The notes: generated by a model from the letters alone, not told the origin. A stretch of DNA of 64,000 nucleotides from an uncultured Chlamydiae bacterium (GCA_963830365.1 CAWHMU010000042.1:32001-96000), one strand, 5' to 3'; positions 1 to 10,882 are shown, numbered from the stretch's first letter. Program-made: numbers and translations.

Positions 1-128
1 CGCTTTAACTCGGGTTCAATCGGGCGTCTGGTCTGTCGCTTTTACTGAACTCCTATGGAGTTGCCAAAAATGCCGACAAGCGGCGATAAAGAGTCGAGGT
101 TATTGGTCTGGCGGCAAAAAAACTGTAA

Positions 129-1619
129 GTGAGAGATGCGATGAAAACATGGTCCAAATATCCCGTCATTTATGAGATCAACACCTGGGTGTGGCTGGGC
201 GAGCTATCCCTGAAATACCAACGGCCGGTGGATCTTGCCAGCGTGCCTGTGCACGAATGGGAGGCTATCGCAGCGCATGGTTTTGATGCCGTGTGGTTCA
301 TGGGCGTCTGGGAACGGAGCCCTGCCGGCATCGACGTCTCCATGCATAACAAAGGGCTGCTTGAAGATTTCAGAAGAGCTCTGCCTGACTTTGTGGCCAA
401 AGATAATGTCGGCTCGCCATACTGCGTGCGCCGCTATGTCGTGGATGAACATCTAGGCGGATCTAAGGGGCTGGCAGCCGCACGGAGTGCGCTCAAAGAA
501 CGGGGATTGCAGCTTATCCTGGACTTCGTCCCCAATCATGTGGCCCCCGATCATCCTTGGGTGAGGGCACATCCTGAATATTTCATCAGTGGCAATGACG
601 AAGATCTGCGCCGGGACCCGGCTTCTTTTATTAAAATCGGTTCAAGCGTGATTGCCTGCGGCCGCGATCCCTACTTTCCGGCCTGGCAGGATGTGTTGCA
701 GCTGAATGCCTTTGATCAAGGACTCCGCCAGGCTGTCTTCGATACTGTTTCAAGCATTGCGGAACAATGCGACGGTATCCGGTGCGACATGGCCATGCTC
801 ATGCTGAACGATATCTTCGCATGTACCTGGGGCACGCGGGCAGGTGAAAAACCAGTCAACGATTACTGGAAGATCCTTATCCCGGCGATCAAGGCCAAGT
901 ATGGACAGTTCAAGTTCATCGCCGAGGCATACTGGGATTTGGAGTGGGAACTGCAGCAGCAGGGGTTTGATTATTGCTACGACAAAAAACTCTATGACAG
1001 GCTGGCACACGCCAATGCCGAGGACGTGCGTTTGCACCTGCTGGCAGAGCTGCCATACCAGCAGAAGCTGATCCGGTTTATCGAAAATCATGACGAACCA
1101 AGAGCTGCCGCCACCTTCCCCTCGGGCAAAGGCTGCGCGGCCGCCGTAGCGACGCTTACACTGGTAGGGGCAAAGCTATTGTATGAAGGGCAGTTTGAGG
1201 GGTTGAAGGTTAGGCTGCCGGTCTTTCTGGACCGCCGTCCCGTAGAGCCGGTTGAGCAAGGCCTCGAGGCCTTCTATGGTCATCTTTTGAAAGCCATCAA
1301 TCGCGATGTCTTCCGCAATGGGGAATGGGCGCTTTGCGAGCGCAACGGCTGGCCCGATAACCCAAGCTTTATGAACATTTTGGCCTGGTGTTGGCTTAAA
1401 GACGATGAGCGCTACCTCATCATCATAAATTACGCCCACCAAGAGTCCCAAGGGCGCGTCCGTCTGGCGTGGGAGACGCTGAGAAGCAAACAGTGGCGCC
1501 TCAGCGATGTGCTGTCTTTAGAGACTTTCGATCGCAGCGGGGATGAGATGCGGGATGCCGGCCTGTACGTCGATCTGAAGCCTTGGAAATACCACCTGTT
1601 CCGCCTCGATGCAACCTAG
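129..1619 (+). CDS. GH13 alpha-amylase family glycoside hydrolase
   Basis: 496-aa ORF with LDFVPNH, GIRCDMAM (catalytic Asp), FIAEAY (Glu) and RFIENHDE motifs; start may be the ATG at 141. Confidence 0.9.
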   Translation: MRDAMKTWSKYPVIYEINTWVWLGELSLKYQRPVDLASVPVHEWEAIAAHGFDAVWFMGVWERSPAGIDVSMHNKGLLEDFRRALPDFVAKDNVGSPYCVRRYVVDEHLGGSKGLAAARSALKERGLQLILDFVPNHVAPDHPWVRAHPEYFISGNDEDLRRDPASFIKIGSSVIACGRDPYFPAWQDVLQLNAFDQGLRQAVFDTVSSIAEQCDGIRCDMAMLMLNDIFACTWGTRAGEKPVNDYWKILIPAIKAKYGQFKFIAEAYWDLEWELQQQGFDYCYDKKLYDRLAHANAEDVRLHLLAELPYQQKLIRFIENHDEPRAAATFPSGKGCAAAVATLTLVGAKLLYEGQFEGLKVRLPVFLDRRPVEPVEQGLEAFYGHLLKAINRDVFRNGEWALCERNGWPDNPSFMNILAWCWLKDDERYLIIINYAHQESQGRVRLAWETLRSKQWRLSDVLSLETFDRSGDEMRDAGLYVDLKPWKYHLFRLDAT

Positions 1620-1659
1620 TGTCGGGAATGTCCATATATGCTCTTATAACATAGTATGG

Positions 1660-2550
1660 GCGTTAGTCTGCATGAGTGGTAGGCGCCAGATCTTTTTTGC
1701 CTTTTTTTTCTCTTTCTGTAGCCCATATCTAAGCAGAGCGCAGGTGTGGGAACCAAGGACCATGCGGCCTAACCGGGGACCGGTTAATCTTTTTATATTG
1801 ATTAGACCTCATGCATATAGAAAGTTTGTAACGGTGTGCGTCAGACAATTTATCAACTTTTATGCTTGAGATGGGTTGATGGTCCTTGTCGTTACCCATA
1901 ACTATCAATCGAATATTTTAAGACATTTTTTTGGCCATGATCGCTTATTCAGTCAAGAAAGCAAAAAGAGAGGAACTCCTACGGAGTTAAATGCAATTAT
2001 TCGTTTTCCCATAGTTGCGGCTGTCTTCGCTTGCGCTCGCGAGCCTTAACTACGGGCTACAAAGAGATCGATCTGCAAGACCTCAAAAGAACTCATGGCC
2101 TATGTACCGGCAGAGAAGGTAGATTAATAAACCTCATTGTGAATATATTTCAAAGCTTTTTTTGTTGGCGGAGCTTATCTCTTTGTAGCCCGTGGCTAAG
2201 GCGTGCGAGCGCAAGCGAAGACAGCCGCAGCTACGGGAAAACGCATATTCTTATTTAACTCCGTAGGAGTTCCTCTCTTTTTGCTTTGGTGACCGAATGT
2301 TTTCCCTACGAAGATGAGAATAGCCAAAAAAAATACTTAAAATATTCGATTGATAGTTGTGGGTAACGACAAGGTTGATGGTCCTCAATTCATGATAATA
2401 AATGTATTTGTAGGAAAGGAAAAGAAGAACCGGTCCCCGGTTAGGTCTTATTGGCATGGATTCCCACACCTGCGCTCTGCTTGGTGTGGGCTACAGAAAG
2501 AGAGAAAAAAGGGCAAAAAAGATGAGGCGTCTGCCACTTATGTAGACTGA
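1660..2550. repeat. Large nested imperfect inverted repeat (outer arms ~1660-1800 / ~2420-2550)
   Basis: TTTCTGTAGCCCA..AAGCAGAGCGCAGGTGTGGGAA..CCTAACCGGGGACCGGTT is mirrored by AACCGGTCCCCGGTTAGG..TTCCCACACCTGCGCTCTGCTT..TGGGCTACAGAAA. Confidence 0.85.
1885..2373. mobile_element. Non-autonomous IS4/IS50-like MITE enclosing a REP-like (family D) palindrome
   Basis: TIRs CTTGTCGTTACCCA / TGGGTAACGACAAG, flanked by direct repeat GTTGATGGTC (1875-1884, 2374-2383); same TIRs as 17661-18212. Confidence 0.85.
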
Positions 2551-2741
2551 AGTCGACGCTACATCATGAGTGCATAAATTCTATCGTGTTTTTTAATTTG
2601 GATGACATTGTCTATCTGCTCTTCTTTTTGGCAGATGAATCGATAGAGGAAAAACAAAACATATGTTATGCTATACGCCTTTAGCAGCGTCTTATGAATG
2701 TGACTTATGAAGACACGAATCATCAATAGGGAAAATAATTA

Positions 2742-3341
2742 ATGAAAAATAAATTTGTTGTGTTATGCAGCGCCATCACACTCGTTTGCGGCTGTGACTT
2801 TGTCCATAGTGCGCCGCTGGCTGTTGATCAAATTCACTCTTCCAAGGAGAACGCGATGGAAAGGTATACCGTTGTGCAAAAGCCCGCCATGATAGTGGTG
2901 GGGATCGAGTGCCGGACATCCAATGCTCCCGAAGCCGGTCCGCATGATATCCCAAAACATTGGGGAAAGTTTTATAGCGAAGACATTTTGAATAAGATCC
3001 CACATAAAGCCTCCGATGAAGTCATCGCCCTTTATTGCGATTATGAAGGCGACTACACACAGCCCTACTCGTTTGTGATCGGTTGCCGGGTCGATGCATG
3101 GGATACCATCCCAACAGGTATGGTCGCCAAAACTGTGCCGGCAGGTCCTTATGCCGTCTTCCGTGCTGTAGGGGAATATCCAGCCAGTCTGATTGAAACC
3201 TGGGGGAAAATCTGGCAAACACCATTGAAGCGCGCGTATACAGGGGATTATGAACTCTACGGGGATAAATTCACTGCCGGCTCGCCTAAAGAGGTAGAGG
3301 TTTTCATCGCTATTGAGGAAGATGCATCGGAGAATTTCTGA
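2742..3341 (+). CDS. GyrI-like small-molecule (effector) binding protein
   Basis: IVVGIECRTSN...IPKHWGKF...YCDYEGD...IW..LKRAYTGDYELY pattern; alternative start 2856 with AAGGAG RBS. Confidence 0.85.
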   Translation: MKNKFVVLCSAITLVCGCDFVHSAPLAVDQIHSSKENAMERYTVVQKPAMIVVGIECRTSNAPEAGPHDIPKHWGKFYSEDILNKIPHKASDEVIALYCDYEGDYTQPYSFVIGCRVDAWDTIPTGMVAKTVPAGPYAVFRAVGEYPASLIETWGKIWQTPLKRAYTGDYELYGDKFTAGSPKEVEVFIAIEEDASENF

Positions 3342-3463
3342 AGATATCACATTTATCCATCTACACCATTCTGCGTAATTGAAGGGCCTGTCCGGGAAAA
3401 AATGGTAATAGAATCCTAAAAGTGGCTGGGGTCGGCCAAATATGAGCTCAACTGTGGTACCTA

Positions 3464-4357
3464 ATGTCAACGATGGATAGTATGCTTACTTTGTACCAAC
3501 AGCGCCTAAGCCCGCCAGGCGCTACCTTTTCGCGCATCGACCATGACGATGCCATGGTGGCCCATGTCTATCGGGTTTCAGAGCCCGATGGCAGTGATTT
3601 TATCTTGAAAATATGTGAACGCCCTAACGATTATTTGCGCGAAGTGTATTTTCTGAAGCATTTTGCCGGCAAAGTAAAGGTGCCGCGCCTTGTACAGGAA
3701 GTGTCACCTGAAGCGGGTGTGCATGGAGCTGTGTTGATGGAGAGCCTGCCAGGCACGCTGCTAACAGCAACAGATTTTAACGCTACGCTGGCCTATGAAC
3801 TTGGGGCGCTGCTCGCCCGCATTCACCTTCAGCGGGTAGTGGGCTACGGCGACCTTATTCAGCCGCATGATTTGAACGCGGATCCACGTTTTCATTTTAA
3901 CCTGAAGTTTGAGGAAGGTTTTGCCGAATGTAGCGATCATCTGCCTAAAATATTGCTTGCACAGTGCCGCCGCTATTATGATACGCATATTGATCTTCTG
4001 TCATATGTGGACGGTCCTTGCATAGTGCACCGTGATTTCCGAGCCGGCAATGTGATTGTTGCTGATGGCAAAATTAGCGGGGTGATTGATTGGTCGTCAG
4101 CCCGTGCCAGCTTTGCGCAGGAGGATTTCTGCCCTATGGAACACGGGGAGTGGCCAATCCATCCGGACAGTAAGAAGTCCTTTTTAGCGGGATATGCCGG
4201 CATTCGTCCAGTCCCTGATTACAGCGCTCTGATGCCGCTCTTGCGTCTGAGCCGGGCTTTTGCTACGATTGGCTTTTTAGTCAAGCGTGGCACATGGGAC
4301 GGGATTCACGCTAGTGTGTACCAATCCAACCGCGGGTTTTTGGACACGTTTTTTTGA
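3464..4357 (+). CDS. Aminoglycoside phosphotransferase (APH)/kinase family protein
   Basis: VHRDFRAGNV (Brenner motif) and VIDW. Confidence 0.85.
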   Translation: MSTMDSMLTLYQQRLSPPGATFSRIDHDDAMVAHVYRVSEPDGSDFILKICERPNDYLREVYFLKHFAGKVKVPRLVQEVSPEAGVHGAVLMESLPGTLLTATDFNATLAYELGALLARIHLQRVVGYGDLIQPHDLNADPRFHFNLKFEEGFAECSDHLPKILLAQCRRYYDTHIDLLSYVDGPCIVHRDFRAGNVIVADGKISGVIDWSSARASFAQEDFCPMEHGEWPIHPDSKKSFLAGYAGIRPVPDYSALMPLLRLSRAFATIGFLVKRGTWDGIHASVYQSNRGFLDTFF

Positions 4358-4367
4358 TAAAAATGTA

Positions 4368-4921
4368 ATGGAAATGAGCATGGATGTGCATATGAAATCA
4401 AAATACCGCTTCAATTTTAAACCCGTTGATGCCGCGCAGCGATCGCTTGTGCATCAGTGGTTGGCACTGCCTTATGTGGCCGAGTGGTTTTATGGACAGG
4501 GGCTGGCAAACACCATCAAACATTTGGATGAGTTTCTGCAAGGCCCGTCCGCATCACATATTGGCTGGGGTGTGATAATGAGCACCCCATGGCTTTTTTT
4601 ATTACATCATCAGTCTGCAAACCCGGCGATACAATAGCCCGCTGGTGTTCAGAGGAAGGTGATGCCATCACGCTCGATATGCTGATCGGTGACACAGAGT
4701 ATCTGGGAAAGAGGCTTTCGCATGTGCTCATTCAGGAATTTCTGCTTAGCCAATTCCCACATGTCGCTGAGGTGCTGATCGATCCTGAGGCGACAAATTT
4801 GCGTGCCGTGCATGTATACCAAAAAGTAGGCTTTAGGACCCTGGGCGAGTTCATCCCAGGGCATAGCCCCAACCCTCACTACATGATGCGGTTGAGCATG
4901 CATCAGCTTCTATCGCAGTGA
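4368..4921 (+). pseudogene. GNAT acetyltransferase (AAC(6')-like), frameshifted at ~4558
   Basis: N-half (FKPVDAAQRSLVHQWLALPYVAEWF) and C-half (YWLGCDNEHPMAF...IDPEATNLRAVHVYQKVGF) are in different frames; one added base after GCATCACA joins them. Confidence 0.75.
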
Positions 4922-5131
4922 TAGTGATTACCTAAATTTTGCTTGCTGGATTAAGCGGAGATGCGGTATAAATTTAGCCATGAATATTAAAAGAGATGCA
5001 CATTTGACTGCTAGTAGGCTTTGTAGCCATTCGGTTGCGAAACCTGCTGTCTCTTTTTTTTCGCTTGCTCTCCTTTCTCTATTCCTTCTGTGCCGGCAGG
5101 CACAATAATTTATTTTCGCTACATTTTTTTT

Positions 5132-5373
5132 GGTTCATCACACAAGTGAGTGGTTGTAGAGGTGAAATCTCAAAAGCTCATCGTGTAGGCTTTGGCAGAA
5201 CGGATTGGGGTCAGGCTTGCGATTTGCGATTTGAAAGGAATCGGCCTTCCTGAATTTATTGTAGGTCTTTCAAATCACAAATCACAAGCCAGACCCCAAT
5301 CCTCAGAGTCCACTTGCGCCATGAGTTTATTTGAAAAGTCATCTCTACCAACCACTCACTTGTGTGATGAACC
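5132..5373. mobile_element. MITE family A (GGTTCATCACACAA ends)
   Basis: TIRs GGTTCATCACACAAGTGAGTGGTTG / CAACCACTCACTTGTGTGATGAACC; core shared with 20130 and 26486 copies; AT-run flanks, so the TSD is approximate. Confidence 0.85.
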
Positions 5374-5439
5374 ATTTTTTGTTGTTTACGAAGGTCCAAA
5401 GGGCCTTTGAATTAAATTTTATTTAATAAGGATAATTTT

Positions 5440-6690
5440 ATGACATTGTCGACCTCAACCTCACGTACTTTGGCGTGGGGGGTATGGATAATCGCATCCG
5501 TATTTTATGCATACCAGTACATCTTAAGAGTAATGCCTAATATTATGTTGAACGATATTATGCAGCAATTTGGCATAGGCACAGCAACGTTTGGCCAGTT
5601 CTCCGGTGTTTATTACCTCGGTTATTCGCTAATGCATTTGCCGATAGGGATCATGCTCGATCGCCATGGTCCAAGAAAAATTATGACGATGTGCATACTT
5701 TTTACTGTGATGGGCCTAATGCCTCTCCTCTTCGCTGAGCATTGGATTTATCCAATTGTGGGAAGGTTCTTTATCGGGATCGGCTCATCTGCCGCTATAT
5801 TAGGAGTCTTCAAAATCATTCGCATGACATTTGATGCAGAGCGTTTTCCGCGCATATTAAGCCTATCGGTAACTATAGGCTTGATGGGAGCCATCTATGG
5901 GGGAGGGCCTGTAAGTTATATGCGGGACATTTTTGGCTATCAAACAGTCGTTCAAGCCTTTGCTGTTTCCGGATTGCTCCTAGCCGGCATTACTTACTGG
6001 ATTATTCCCGATGTAAAGAGTTCGTCAGAGAGGACGGTCATATCAGACATTCGCGAAGTTTTGACTAACAGCCGTGTGGTTTGGTCTTGTATTTTTGCTG
6101 GTTTGATGGTTGGTCCTTTGGAAGGTTTCGCTGATGTATGGGGGACGGTATTTTTAAAGCAGGTCTATGGCTTTGAAGGGACGTTAGCAGCCAGCATGCC
6201 ATCCATGATTTTTGTTGGCATGTGCTTTGGGGCGCCTGTATTGAGCTTGATTGCCGAGAAAGCCGGTAGCTACCTTGCCATCATTATTGCCGCCGGAGTA
6301 ACAATGGCAGCTTGTTTTGCATTGTTACTGATTTGGCAGTTGCCAACGGGAATTCTTACCTTCAATTTTACCGTAGTAGGGGTATGTTGTGCTTATCAAA
6401 TCCTGGCTATCTATAAAGCTTCGACCTATGTGCGAGAAGAGGTTGTTGGGTTAACGACAGCGGTTGCAAACATGATCATCATGATTTTCGGTTATGTATT
6501 TCATTCCGTCATCGGTGGAGTTATTAATGCCATGGGAGGGCCAAGCACGTCGCAAGCTCTGATTTACGGGACAGCGGTTATTCCCATAACCCTGAGCTTG
6601 GGCACGGGTGGATTTGTGTTGTTATTTATTCGAGAAAGAATAACGCGCAGAAAGCAGATCATGAAACTTGTAAATGCAGAGATTATATAA
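5440..6690 (+). CDS. MFS transporter
   Basis: 416 aa, ~12 hydrophobic segments, motif A-like GIMLDRHGPRKIM. Confidence 0.9.
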   Translation: MTLSTSTSRTLAWGVWIIASVFYAYQYILRVMPNIMLNDIMQQFGIGTATFGQFSGVYYLGYSLMHLPIGIMLDRHGPRKIMTMCILFTVMGLMPLLFAEHWIYPIVGRFFIGIGSSAAILGVFKIIRMTFDAERFPRILSLSVTIGLMGAIYGGGPVSYMRDIFGYQTVVQAFAVSGLLLAGITYWIIPDVKSSSERTVISDIREVLTNSRVVWSCIFAGLMVGPLEGFADVWGTVFLKQVYGFEGTLAASMPSMIFVGMCFGAPVLSLIAEKAGSYLAIIIAAGVTMAACFALLLIWQLPTGILTFNFTVVGVCCAYQILAIYKASTYVREEVVGLTTAVANMIIMIFGYVFHSVIGGVINAMGGPSTSQALIYGTAVIPITLSLGTGGFVLLFIRERITRRKQIMKLVNAEII

Positions 6691-6838
6691 CAATAAAGGT
6701 TCATCGCACAATCGCCTACCTGTCCTAGAGGATTCGTTAAAAAGACTCAATAATGCCTGGTTGAAAAACGAGAATTAACAATATATTTGTAAGGTTCTCT
6801 TTGAAAGAAATCGACATTCTAGCACAGAAGGTCTCGTT

Positions 6839-7385
6839 AGCCTAGATAGAGGCGGAAGCATGTAGCCATAGGTGTCAACCTAAGGAATGAAATGTAGCAA
6901 AAAATTAGCCGTGAATACGGCGACAGCAACTTTGAGGCTCATCGCGCAAATGAGTACCTGACCGAGGAGAACGGAGAAAAGGACCTAGTTTAGACTAGTT
7001 GAAAAAGAGAAGCAGACAATTTATTAAGGCTAATCACGCAAATGAGTACCCATGAGGTTTTCCCGACCTTCTCTGTGACTCTGTGCCTCTGTGGTGAAAT
7101 CTGCTTGCTGGATGTATAGTCTTATCAATCAGAGTGTTACGGAAAGCTTCACCACCGAGACACCGAGGCACAGAGAAGAAAAATGGAGATTGCTCTTAGG
7201 GTTTTGTTAATTAGGTACTCATTTGCGCGATGAACCAACTTTGAGGAAAGTTGAATTAAATGCGATTATTACACCATATAATATCCTTTAGTCATTGCTG
7301 TCGCCGTATTCACGGCTTTGTTTCTAAACATGCGATGACCACACGCTGACGCATGTGGCTACATGCTTCCGCCTCTATCGAGGCT
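6839..7385. repeat. REP/REPIN-like family B palindrome interrupted by a MITE
   Basis: GAGGCGGAAGCATGTAGCCA..AGCCGTGAATACGGCGACAGCAA mirrored by TTGCTGTCGCCGTATTCACGGCT..TGGCTACATGCTTCCGCCTC. Confidence 0.85.
6936..7236. mobile_element. MITE (GGCTCATC ends) with CACAGAG-repeat cargo
   Basis: TIRs GGCTCATCGCGCAAATGAGTACCT / AGGTACTCATTTGCGCGATGAACC; perfect 8-bp TSD AACTTTGA (6928-6935, 7237-7244). Confidence 0.9.
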
Positions 7386-7645
7386 TTAAAAAGTGTTCTC
7401 ATAGCTTGCGCTCTGTCGCTTATCTGGCAACACTTGCTAAAATCCTACTTTCACAGCAGCGAATGTGCAATTTGCGGATTTGGATGATGCGTTATTTGCA
7501 ACTCCCTCACTTGTGTAACGGCAACCATGTTGCCATAATAATGGTTGAGGTATAATCGATGTCTCATATTTGATGAAAATGAGGCCAAAGATGAACCAGA
7601 TCCTGGTATATTCCTAATTTCTAAATCTAAGGCGAGTACGTTTCT

Positions 7646-9175
7646 ATGTCTTCATATCCCCAAGGAACTAAACAGGTGTATTGTCCGCCTGTTTTTGCAA
7701 ATAATGACAGACTCACACACATGCAGGCGCTTTTTCCTGCCATCGACAGCATGTATCAGCAATTTGCAGAGAAGCATCATTGTCCGGGATACGCCTATGG
7801 GGTGATGGTGGATGGCCAATTGGCACACTCGGGAAGCCGGGGCTATTTGGATGTCGATAAAAAGACTCCTGTCACCACGCAATCGATGTTCCGTATTGCC
7901 TCAATGACTAAAAGCTTTACCGCCATGGCCATTTTAAAGCTGCGCGATGAAGGTTTTTTAAAATTGGACGACCCTGTTTCCCTATACCTGCCGGAGCTCA
8001 GAGAGCAGCGCTTGACGACAGATTCACCCGCGATCACCATCAGAGATCTGCTGACACATGCGGCTGGTTTTCCCTCCGACAATGAATGGGCCGACAGGCT
8101 GTTGGCAGCGACGAGTGATGAGCTGATAGCGTTATTGGAAAAGGGGATTTTCTTTTCCAACATACCCGGGACAGCTTATGAATATAGCAACCTCGGTTAT
8201 GCGATATTGGGCTATGTTATCGAGAAGGTATCCGGATGGCCTTACGGCAAATACATCGATGAAAACATATGCAAGCCTTTAGGCATGAAGCAGGCGGCAT
8301 GGGAATTTACAGAGGTGCCGGCTTCTCAACTGGCCCACGGTTATAAGTGGTGCAATGAAAGCATGACAGAAGAACCGCTGCTCCACGATGGGATTTTTGG
8401 GGCTATGGGGGGCATGATTACTTCCATAGAAGCTTTCAGCCGCTTTGCGGCGCTGCACCAATCGGCATGGCCTCCACGCAATGATGCTGAAACAGGTCCC
8501 ATCAAAAGGAGCTCCATCCGGGAGCTGCACCAACCATGGCGCTTTGATGAGCTGGTTTCGGATATCAAATATTCAGATGGTCGAGAATGCCTGCTGGCTC
8601 ATGCCTATGGCTATGGCCTGCATTGGTATCGGGACAGAGAGAAAAGAACCTATGTAGGGCATAGCGGCGGGCTGCCTGGCTTCGGCAGCAACTGGTTTTT
8701 CATGCCGGACTATGGCCTGGGCATTATCCTGTTCACGAATGGCACCTATGTGCCAACCTGGCAAGCCAATTTGAGTGTGTTGGATGTGCTGATAAAAGGG
8801 GCTCAATTGAAGCCTAGCCAGATATCGCCATCAACAATTTTGCGTGATATGAAATGCCGCTTGGAAAAATTATTGCCGGAATGGGAAAATGCAGAGTCCA
8901 GCGGCATCTTTGCATTAAACTTTTTCTTGGATCACTCTGTTGACATATTAAAAAAACACGCCAAGGAGCTGTTTGCAAAGGCCGGTAAGATTATTTCTAT
9001 CGGCGATGTGTCGCCGATCAACCAGTTGAGCGGCTATTTCATTATGCAAGGCGAAAAGAGCGATCTGCATGTGAGTTTTTTCCTCACCCCGGATAATCCT
9101 ACCTTGATCCAGCGTTATCAAATAAAAGAAATCGGAAAAGGGGTAAAAACCAAGCCAGAAACTTTGATCAGGTAA
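7646..9175 (+). CDS. Serine hydrolase, beta-lactamase class C/AmpC-like family
   Basis: SMTK (SxxK), YSN and HSG motifs, LLTH. Confidence 0.9.
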   Translation: MSSYPQGTKQVYCPPVFANNDRLTHMQALFPAIDSMYQQFAEKHHCPGYAYGVMVDGQLAHSGSRGYLDVDKKTPVTTQSMFRIASMTKSFTAMAILKLRDEGFLKLDDPVSLYLPELREQRLTTDSPAITIRDLLTHAAGFPSDNEWADRLLAATSDELIALLEKGIFFSNIPGTAYEYSNLGYAILGYVIEKVSGWPYGKYIDENICKPLGMKQAAWEFTEVPASQLAHGYKWCNESMTEEPLLHDGIFGAMGGMITSIEAFSRFAALHQSAWPPRNDAETGPIKRSSIRELHQPWRFDELVSDIKYSDGRECLLAHAYGYGLHWYRDREKRTYVGHSGGLPGFGSNWFFMPDYGLGIILFTNGTYVPTWQANLSVLDVLIKGAQLKPSQISPSTILRDMKCRLEKLLPEWENAESSGIFALNFFLDHSVDILKKHAKELFAKAGKIISIGDVSPINQLSGYFIMQGEKSDLHVSFFLTPDNPTLIQRYQIKEIGKGVKTKPETLIR

Positions 9176-9188
9176 AAAATGGGATTTC

Positions 9189-9701
9189 ATGAAAATAGAA
9201 ACGCCTAAACGCTTTGCCATCATTGGAATTCCGGGAAGTGGGAAGTCCACGTTTTCCATTAAACTAGGCAAGGTTTTGGGGATTCCGGTGCACCATCTGG
9301 ACAGGCATATGTTTGAAGCGGGTGGAAAGAAAAAGGATAAGCAAGAAATTTTGGCAGTCGAGCAAGCCTTGGTCAATGAGGATGCCTGGATCGTAGAAGG
9401 GTGCTCCATATCGACGTTGGGAACGCGGTTTGCCAAGGCCGACATTGTGCTGTGCTTTTACCTGCCGCGCCTGCTGTGTATATGGAGAATTTGCAAAAGG
9501 CTGTTTGTTTACGACAAGGCCCTGGCCGATACGGGATGCACGAGGATGGTCGACTGGAGGCTTGTAAAATACATCTGGAAGTTCGATCAGGAAAAAAGAG
9601 CTGTCATCGATGCTGTCAGAAAAGCCTATCCGCAGGTTGAATACCGTGTTTTTCGGAGCTCGAAGGATGCCGACAAATATTTGCAAGAAATCAGGCCATG
9701 A
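9189..9701 (+). CDS. P-loop kinase, adenylate-kinase-like (FlaR/topology modulation family)
   Basis: GIPGSGKST Walker A, HHLD, WIVEG. Confidence 0.85.
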   Translation: MKIETPKRFAIIGIPGSGKSTFSIKLGKVLGIPVHHLDRHMFEAGGKKKDKQEILAVEQALVNEDAWIVEGCSISTLGTRFAKADIVLCFYLPRLLCIWRICKRLFVYDKALADTGCTRMVDWRLVKYIWKFDQEKRAVIDAVRKAYPQVEYRVFRSSKDADKYLQEIRP

Positions 9702-9867
9702 CCACATGTTCATAGATTGATGGAAAAAAAACAGTAAGCATGAAAAGAAAACTATAAACTACAGAGGCTGAAAGCCTGAGCAATTTTTTTAGGCAGTGAT
9801 CAATGACCGGATCTTTTAACTGTTATAATTTCCCCCTGTTGTAACACCCGAGGAGTGGAAGATTGAT

Positions 9868-10749
9868 ATGGATTTCATTCAGAGCGTAGTTGCCCATCAT
9901 ATTGATGCTGGCAAGATTGAAAGAGATGGCTATGGGTTGCGATACCAAATCGAGGGGAGCGGACTTTCAACCTTTGTGATTGGCAGCGCCATCTATTATC
10001 CGAGGACCTTTTCAGAAAATCTGCGCAAACACCTGCGCCTGGCTTTTGTAGACCATCGATGCTTTGCCCTATCCCGCAAGGCAGAGGAAAATCCGAGGCT
10101 TGAATTAGACATCATCCTCGATGATATGGAACATGTCAGAATAAAGCTTGGTTTGGGACGCATGGTTGTTGTCGGCCATTCCGGGCATGGGTTTATGGCG
10201 TTGGAATATGCCAAAAAGTATCCGGAGCATGTGTCGCATGTCGTTTTGATTGGCCATGGCCCCGACCTTAGCGCCAAAAGTGCAGAAATGGCTGATCAAA
10301 ACTGGCAGGCAGCGGCTTCGGTTGCCCGCAAAGCAGCTCTAGAGGATGGATTGCTGCGCCTGTCCGAAGACCAAAAGAGGCCGTTGACACCGAGCCAGCT
10401 GTTCATCAGGCAATATGTGCGCCATGGCGCACGTCTATGGTATGATGATCAGTTCGATGCATCGACACTATGGGAAGGTGTGGACATTAATATCCCGCTG
10501 TTCAGTTATGTTTGGGGAACTGTTTTTCGGGACATCGATATTACAAAGGGTTTGGATATCTTTAAAAAACCTGTTTTTCTTGCTCTGGGAAAATATGATT
10601 TCCTTGTCGGGGCAGCTGCATGGGATGATGTGCTTAACAAATTCCATGACATCACCAAGCATGTCTTTGAACATAGCGGCCATACCCCCCAATATGAAGA
10701 GGCAGGCCTCTTTGATCAAAAACTTTTGACATGGCTTTCTAGCCATTGA
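9868..10749 (+). CDS. Alpha/beta hydrolase (proline iminopeptidase-like)
   Basis: GHSGHG nucleophile elbow, GKYD, SGHTPQYEE. Confidence 0.85.
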   Translation: MDFIQSVVAHHIDAGKIERDGYGLRYQIEGSGLSTFVIGSAIYYPRTFSENLRKHLRLAFVDHRCFALSRKAEENPRLELDIILDDMEHVRIKLGLGRMVVVGHSGHGFMALEYAKKYPEHVSHVVLIGHGPDLSAKSAEMADQNWQAAASVARKAALEDGLLRLSEDQKRPLTPSQLFIRQYVRHGARLWYDDQFDASTLWEGVDINIPLFSYVWGTVFRDIDITKGLDIFKKPVFLALGKYDFLVGAAAWDDVLNKFHDITKHVFEHSGHTPQYEEAGLFDQKLLTWLSSH

Positions 10750-10807
10750 TATTTATCGGTTCTTCTCTGTGCAAATCGGCGCTTTTTTTTAAGTGAAAAA
10801 AAGTCGC

Positions 10808-10838
10808 TTGACCCTCACGCCGCGTGATACCATATGAT
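10808..10838 (+). promoter_or_regulatory. MerR-type promoter/operator
   Basis: TTGACC - 19 bp spacer containing dyad TCACGC-C-GCGTGA - TATGAT, directly upstream of the MerR gene. Confidence 0.85.
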
Positions 10839-10882
10839 TAGAGACATCCTTTAAGAATAGATGGTGTTAAGGGGGACACAAG

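Noticed and set aside
1609..2550. Short ORFs at 1609, 2031, 2251 and 2350 (likewise 5035, 5192, 26547, 31443, 34258-34675, 35811, 43230-43581)
   Set aside because: They lie within palindromic repeats or MITEs and have no protein-like features
4990..5100. Possible riboswitch or T-box upstream of the MFS gene
   Set aside because: Only a small GTAG-containing hairpin; no recognisable aptamer motifs
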